Notes under the pieces: model-generated
The model's database searches: none
The model's input: the letters and a program-made list of their open reading frames with translations, nothing else
What the model was told of the DNA's origin: nothing
Shown: in pieces, positions 19,507 through 24,000 of the stretch
Numbering within the stretch: position 1 is the first letter of the stretch
Layout of the letters: the number at the start of each line of letters is the position of its first letter
Translations under genes and position numbers: made by a program
NCBI GenBank assembly: GCA_019239965.1
Contig: JAFAZC010000102.1
Coordinates: 18,819 to 42,818 of the forward strand
Origin: Kutzneria sp.
Lineage (GTDB): Bacteria > Actinomycetota > Actinomycetes > Mycobacteriales > Pseudonocardiaceae
Length of the DNA stretch: 24,000 nt
Direction: 5' to 3'

Positions 19507-20088
19507 ATGGCCACGGTGAACCGACTGTTCCTGATCAGCCACGGGGCCACCATCGCCTTGCGTGGAGCGCGTTTCCCTGCCGACGAGCCCCTCGACGCGG
19601 CACCGGAACACCGACGGGAACCGGCGTTGCGCGTGGACATGGCTCGCCATGGCCCCGAGTCCCGGTGTGTCCAGACGGCCGTCGCTCTCGGCCTGGTTTC
19701 GGCGGTGGAGCCGGCGCTGGCGGATCTGGACTGCGGCACGTGGCGGGGCAGGTCGCTCACCGAGGTCGAGCGGGACGACCCCAGCGATGTCGCCGAGTGG
19801 CTGACCGATCCCGACGCGGCACCCCATGGCGGGGAGTCCGTCCGGCAACTACTCGACCGGGTGGCGGGCTGGCTCGACGGGTTACCGGCCACGGGCCGGT
19901 TGGCCGCGGTCACCTCACCGGCGGTCGTGCGGGCGGTCGTGGTGCGGGTCCTGTCGGCTCCGGCCGAAGCGTTCTGGCGGATCGACGTGCCGCCACTGAC
20001 GGTGACGCACGTCTTCGGTGTGCCCGGTCGCTGGACGCTCCGCTGTCAGGCCGCCCCGGTGCCGGGTTGGACCGTGCGCTCGAAGTAG
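19507..20088 (+). CDS. Histidine-phosphatase (phosphoglycerate mutase-like) superfamily protein, non-canonical active site
   Basis: 193 aa with family landmarks: LFLISHGAT (in place of RHGxT), SRCVQTA, DCGTWRGRS, PHGGES and VTSPAVVRAVV (in place of SHGGVIRA). Confidence 0.7.
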   Translation: MATVNRLFLISHGATIALRGARFPADEPLDAAPEHRREPALRVDMARHGPESRCVQTAVALGLVSAVEPALADLDCGTWRGRSLTEVERDDPSDVAEWLTDPDAAPHGGESVRQLLDRVAGWLDGLPATGRLAAVTSPAVVRAVVVRVLSAPAEAFWRIDVPPLTVTHVFGVPGRWTLRCQAAPVPGWTVRSK

Positions 20089-21899
20089 TCGGCGACAGTG
20101 GCGGCGGTGAGCGAGTTCGGCGTTGAGCTCACCGCGATGGTGAGCACACCGACAAGCGGTCGGTCGGAGACGGTGAACACGACGACGCCGACTCCACTCG
20201 CCGCCAGTGCGTGGTAGGTGCCGGACAGTCCGTTGCCGGCCCAGTTCGCCTGCACCTGACGGCTCGTGCCGTAGCCGTCAAGCAGTGCCTTGACCTTGGG
20301 GGCGATGTCGTCGACGGACCCGGTCTGGGTGTAGACGACCGTGTGGCTCGCGTCGTCGCCCCCGAGCTGGCAGGTCGCGCTGGTACCGGTAAGACCGGCC
20401 AGCCCGGTGGCCGATCCGTCGTAACCGGCATGGCAGTCGCCTTTGCCGGCGACCGGTTCGGCGAGCGGACGCATGCAGCTGGTCAGCCCCTTGGCATCCA
20501 CGGAACCCGGCTGCCGGCAGTCGCCCGGAGTGAACAGGGTGCCGCGGAACAGGGCGAACCCGCCCACCGCGAGCACGATGGCGATCACCGCCGTGGCCGC
20601 GAGGCCCATCGTTTTCTTGGTGTACAGCCTCTTGCGCCGCGGTGCCTTGTCCTCGGTCCGCTTGTCCGGTGTCGTGGTGTTGGGGAAATGGGCGTTGGCA
20701 AGGAACTCGTCCGTGTTCAGGTACTGCGGACCCGAGTGGGTCGGTGATGTCGGCCGGGCAGACGACTGCGCTTGGACCGGGGCGGACCACGGCCCGGTGA
20801 GGACGAACTGCTGGGTCTGCTCGGCCGCATCGTCGTGGGGCATGTGGCAGGCCCCCAGCGCCACGGCCGTCTCAGGTTGGTCCAGACTCACGGGAACGAG
20901 CCGGAGCCGGTCGGCGATCAGTGTCGCGACCAGCGGGATGCGGCTCGCGCCTCCGACAAGGTAGATGCCGGCCAATTTGTCCGGAGCCGTTCCCGCGGTC
21001 CTGACGGTGTCGCCGAGCAACTCGACACTGCGCAGCACGCTCGGCCGGATCAGCGCCTCGAGTTCTCCTCTTGTCACCAACACGTCGTCGAACGGTTCTG
21101 GCATCGGCACCTCGGTCTGCGGATGCCTTGACAGGGTCTCCTTCGCCGCCCGCACGTCTTCCCAGAGGGAGCGGCGCGCGCGCCGGTCGGCTGTCGACTC
21201 GGGACGCAGCAGCCGCTGCCATCGCGCGGCGTCGCGGTGGGAGACCTCGCGCCCGACGTACTCGAGGAGGGCTTGGTCCATGTCGAGGCCACCAAGATCG
21301 GGCAGGCCGTTCTCGGCGAGCACCGTGTAACCGGCCCTGGTTACGTCGAGCACCGCCACGTCGAAGGTGCCGGCCCCAAGGTCGTAGACGGCGAGGGATT
21401 GGCCGGGGGCCAGCGCGTGGCCGGGGAGCGAAGCGAAGTGCGCCGCGGCGGCCACCGGCTCGGGAACCAACACCAGCTCGCCGCCGATCCCCGCCAGCCT
21501 CGCGGCCGACAGCAGCGAGTTGCGCCTTGTCTCGCCCCACCGGGCGGGATGGGTCAGTCGGATCTGGTCGGGCGGTGCGCCACCCAGTTGCCGACAGGTC
21601 TCGTCGAACACGCGCCTGAGCACCGCGGCCAACACCTCGTTGACGGGAACCACCGAGGTTCCCAGCAGCAGCGTGCCGTCGTCGATTCTGCGCTTGGGGT
21701 TGGGCTCGAACCGGGACGGGTCCAGCCTGGCTCTGCGCTCCGCGTCGCGGCCGACGAGGATCGTGCCGTCTTCGGCGGCGAACACCGCGGAGGGCATCGT
21801 CGCCGAACCGTCGACCTCGATCACCCTGGGGTGCCGTCCATGCACGGAGAGCACCGCCGCGGTGTTCGAGGTGCCAAGGTCCACCGTGAGTACGCGCAC
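20046..21899 (-). CDS. Membrane-anchored Hsp70-family ATPase-domain protein (NBD + linker + TM + Cys-rich extracytoplasmic domain)
   Basis: I chose GTG 21899, 5 nt after GAGGGGGAG. The 60 codons up to 22079 have weak GC3 and low-complexity sequence. Hsp70 NBD motifs are present: DLGTSNT, PEPVAAAAHF, DLGAGTFDV, GGASRIPLV, PETAVALGA. These are followed by a P/S/T-rich linker, RRKRLYTKK, the TM helix MGLAATAVIAIVLAVGGFALF, and about 165 aa with four Cys. Confidence 0.8.
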   Translation of the reverse strand: MRVLTVDLGTSNTAAVLSVHGRHPRVIEVDGSATMPSAVFAAEDGTILVGRDAERRARLDPSRFEPNPKRRIDDGTLLLGTSVVPVNEVLAAVLRRVFDETCRQLGGAPPDQIRLTHPARWGETRRNSLLSAARLAGIGGELVLVPEPVAAAAHFASLPGHALAPGQSLAVYDLGAGTFDVAVLDVTRAGYTVLAENGLPDLGGLDMDQALLEYVGREVSHRDAARWQRLLRPESTADRRARRSLWEDVRAAKETLSRHPQTEVPMPEPFDDVLVTRGELEALIRPSVLRSVELLGDTVRTAGTAPDKLAGIYLVGGASRIPLVATLIADRLRLVPVSLDQPETAVALGACHMPHDDAAEQTQQFVLTGPWSAPVQAQSSARPTSPTHSGPQYLNTDEFLANAHFPNTTTPDKRTEDKAPRRKRLYTKKTMGLAATAVIAIVLAVGGFALFRGTLFTPGDCRQPGSVDAKGLTSCMRPLAEPVAGKGDCHAGYDGSATGLAGLTGTSATCQLGGDDASHTVVYTQTGSVDDIAPKVKALLDGYGTSRQVQANWAGNGLSGTYHALAASGVGVVVFTVSDRPLVGVLTIAVSSTPNSLTAATVADYFERTVQPGTGAA

Positions 21900-22105
21900 T
21901 GTGCTCCCCCTCGCAGCCTGTTCGTGCTCTGATGCTGCCACAGCGCTCGCGTTGGTATGCACGGGTAGCTCCCGCTGGCCGCGAAGGCTTCCCGTCGAAA
22001 TCGGTCCGGGTCTTACCAGGTCTGGCGTGGATCGCGCGTGACGACCAGAGCAAGAGCCCACGGCTGGACGGGTCGCCACAGTGCCCGCCCAGCCTCTTTC
22101 TCGCG

Positions 22106-22747
22106 CTACAGCTCGGGCATGGCGGCCATCAAGCTGCGCAATCTGTTCAACGCCCGGTGCTGAGCGACTCGCACCGCCCCGGACGTCGACCCGACGATGT
22201 CGGCGGTCTCCTCGGCGGACAGACCGACGACCACGCGCAGCCGCAGAATCTCCCGCTGCTTGTCGGAAAGCGCGCCGAGCAGGCGCTCCATTCGCGCCCT
22301 CAGCTCGTCCCGAAGTACCCGCTGCTCGGGACCTTCGGTGATCTCCGGCCGGTCGGGCACCTCGGCCACCGGAAGTGACCGGTTACGGGCCGCCGCCCGC
22401 CGCGCATCGGCGATCTTGTGTTGGGCTATGCCGAACACGAAGGCGAGAAACGGCTGCCCCCGGTCCTGGTAGTTGGGCAGTGCCGAGATGACCGAAAGGC
22501 ACACTTCCTGGACCACGTCGTCCGCCGAGGCGAAGGAGTTGTCCATTCGTCCGATTCTGACCCGGCAGTACCGCATCACTATGGGCCGAATGGAGGTCAA
22601 TACTTCCCGGGTCGCGTCGGCGTCACCGCCGACCGCCGCCTCAACCAGCTGTCTGAAGTACTCCTCTTGTGGCCCGCCTGCGGATATCGGCCTCCTACAC
22701 GACTGATACTCAGGCTCAACAGGGATGACCCGTGCCGCACTGTTCAT
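22106..22747 (-). CDS. sigD: ECF-type RNA polymerase sigma factor, SigD-like
   Basis: REVLTSIRPIVMRYCRVRIG, DDVVQEVCLSVISALPNYQDRGQPFLAFVFGIAQHKIADA and LRVVVGLSAEETADIVGSTSGAVRVAQHRALNRLR closely follow my recollection of M. tuberculosis SigD (Rv3414c). The start is ATG 22747 (GGGGA 8 nt upstream) or 22753; the track start at 22804 is unlikely. Confidence 0.85.
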   Translation of the reverse strand: MNSAARVIPVEPEYQSCRRPISAGGPQEEYFRQLVEAAVGGDADATREVLTSIRPIVMRYCRVRIGRMDNSFASADDVVQEVCLSVISALPNYQDRGQPFLAFVFGIAQHKIADARRAAARNRSLPVAEVPDRPEITEGPEQRVLRDELRARMERLLGALSDKQREILRLRVVVGLSAEETADIVGSTSGAVRVAQHRALNRLRSLMAAMPEL

Positions 22748-22905
22748 TTTCATTGTCCCCGCACACGAAAAATGGTTGGTCAACGCCTGCGGCTGGCGGG
22801 CCACCGGTGGACCGGTTCGTCAAGAAACCGTGTGTGCACCCCACGCGCCGGATAATTAGGTCGACACCCTGGTGGTCGACGAAATCATCCCGGCACCTCT
22901 TTTCT

Positions 22906-22948
22906 ACCGCTCTCGTCGCGGCCATTCATAAGCCGCTTCCAGAGCGGT
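22906..22948. other. Extended stem-loop in the sigD-lhr spacer
   Basis: ACCGCTCT (22906-22913) pairs with AGAGCGGT (22941-22948). Inside, GCGGC (22918-22922) pairs with GCCGC (22932-22936). That gives 13 bp in total, with a 4x4 internal loop, a 9-nt loop and no U-tract. Confidence 0.3.
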
Positions 22949-23432
22949 CCTTGCCGATGCCCCGTGTGATCCATCGGACATCTACGACGTTAACCCTGTG
23001 TGCCGACCCTTACAAGAAACCTGTGAAAACTCCCCGGAATCCGTACTTTTCCGTAACCGCGTCATTGCTCTGTGTAGTCAGCAACGATGCCGTCGAGGTT
23101 CCCTCGACACCGAGTCCAGCAGACATGATCAGAATTCATCTACAGGCCATTACCAGCGGAAATGCCGGATTCTTCCGGCAGTGAGGTGACCAGCCGCCCG
23201 GCACGGGAGGTCGACTGGGGTGCCCACGGCGGTGGGGGCAGCCATGGTTCCCGGCCTCCGGGACACCGCGGAAACCGGCCGAATACGGAGAGCAATGCCG
23301 CCCATTGGTGTGAAAATCGCCTTTCCCTCCTTTGCTGGCAATCCACAGCTGCGCACCGAATCGATGAGCCCCGTGGAGCCCGAGGTCCGGCAGGCACCCG
23401 GCCCCTCGCTCGTGAGACGGCGAAACAGGTGG

Positions 23433-23455
23433 TTGTCGGTGCCCGTTGTCAAGAT
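23433..23455 (+). promoter_or_regulatory. RecA-NDp / PafBC-type promoter of lhr (predicts a leaderless mRNA)
   Basis: TTGTCGGTG (23433-23441), then N8, then CAAGAT (23450-23455). This fits tTGTCRgtg-N8-TAnnnT except for the first -10 base. The ATG at 23463 lies 8 nt after the -10 hexamer. Confidence 0.55.
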
Positions 23456-23462
23456 GGGTCCC

Positions 23463-24000
23463 ATGACCGACCACGGCACGGCTGGCCAGGATGCACTGGA
23501 CCGGTTCTCCCCCGCGACGAAAGACTGGTTCCGGGGTGCCTTCGCCGCGCCGACCGAGGCACAGGTTGGGGCATGGTCCGCGGTGGCCGACGGGGACCAC
23601 GTACTCGTGGTCGCCCCGACCGGATCCGGCAAGACGCTGGCGGCGTTCCTGTGGGCGGTCGACAGGCTCGCCGCCGAGCCTCCTCCCGCCGATGACATCC
23701 TGCGCTGCCGCGTGCTCTACGTATCACCGCTCAAGGCCCTCGCGGTGGACGTGCGGCGCAACCTGCGTGCTCCACTGACCGGTATCGGGCAGGCCGCTCG
23801 CCGGCTCGGGCTTGCCGCGCCCGCGATCACCGTCGGCACGCGGACCGGGGACACCCCGGCCGAGCAGCGTCGCTCGTTCGCCCGTACCCCTCCCGACATC
23901 CTCGTCACCACACCGGAGTCGCTGTTCCTGCTGCTTACCTCCGCCGCCGAGCGGGCGCTGCACGGAGTCCGCACGGTGATCATCGACGAGGTACACGCGG
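23463..24000 (+). CDS. lhr: ATP-dependent helicase Lhr (DEAD/DEAH superfamily 2), 3' end outside the window
   Basis: This frame is absent from the ORF track because it runs off the window. It reads MTDHGTAGQDALDRFSPATKDWFRGAFAAPTEAQVGAWSAV..., with Walker A VVAPTGSGKTLAAF, YVSPLKALAVD, TGDTPAEQR, and the DEVH box (IIDEVHA) at the window end. An alternative ATG is at 23454. Confidence 0.9.
   Translation, partial: MTDHGTAGQDALDRFSPATKDWFRGAFAAPTEAQVGAWSAVADGDHVLVVAPTGSGKTLAAFLWAVDRLAAEPPPADDILRCRVLYVSPLKALAVDVRRNLRAPLTGIGQAARRLGLAAPAITVGTRTGDTPAEQRRSFARTPPDILVTTPESLFLLLTSAAERALHGVRTVIIDEVHA

Noticed and set aside
20147-20155. A second exact TTGTCGGTG (minus strand), resembling the PafBC/RecA-NDp motif.
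   Set aside because: It lies inside the Hsp70-like coding region. After N8 it is followed by ATCGCG, not a TAnnnT-like -10. This is most likely a chance occurrence.
21900-22079. 60-codon N-terminal extension of the Hsp70-like gene, considered as a possible anti-sigma-binding segment.
   Set aside because: It has low third-position GC compared with the rest of the gene, and its sequence is low-complexity and non-helical. A GTG with a strong RBS (GAGGGGGAG) sits exactly where the Hsp70 NBD begins. The extension is not fully excluded.
23348-23372. Minus-strand GGGGCTCATCGATTCGGTGCGCAGC, which superficially resembles a tmRNA 5' end.
   Set aside because: There is no tag-peptide reading frame, no tRNA-like 3' end (T-arm/CCA context), and no further tmRNA conservation.
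23195-23430. Scattered resemblance to c-di-AMP (ydaO) riboswitch blocks: GACTGGGGTGCCCA, GGTGTGAAAATC, CCCGAGGTCCGGCAGGCACC.
   Set aside because: I could not form the closing P1 helix or the pseudo-two-fold architecture. The downstream gene (lhr) is not a typical ydaO target and appears to have its own promoter after this region. A cmscan run with RF00379 would settle the question.

Overview
This window looks like a high-GC (roughly 68-70% by eye) actinobacterial core-chromosome segment. Gene content resembles Mycobacterium/Pseudonocardia-type genomes. In order, it holds: the tail of a polar amino-acid ABC transporter (two permeases); a three-gene Sdh1-type succinate dehydrogenase/fumarate reductase operon; a HAD hydrolase; a secreted GH63/YgjK-like glycosidase; a divergent ArsR/MFS pair with the MFS frameshifted; about 1.1 kb of gene remnants; DUF3046-recA-recX with a LexA box and a RecA-NDp/PafBC-type promoter; a second decayed MFS gene; an AraC / Fsr-type MFS / alpha-beta hydrolase cluster; folD; a cobalamin riboswitch driving cbtB-cbtA; an atypical histidine-phosphatase-fold gene; a membrane-anchored Hsp70-ATPase-domain protein just downstream of a SigD-like ECF sigma factor; a 0.7 kb GC-poor ORF-free spacer; and the 5' end of the Lhr helicase gene. 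I saw no CRISPR array, tRNA/rRNA, transposase, integrase or recognisable defence system, and I cannot claim a clearly novel system here. The most unusual items are the sigD / Hsp70-NBD-TM gene pairing, the structured GC-poor spacer between sigD and lhr, the same damage-inducible promoter motif upstream of both recA and lhr, and four decayed genes clustered around recA. All homology statements rest on motif recognition by eye and memory, not on database searches.
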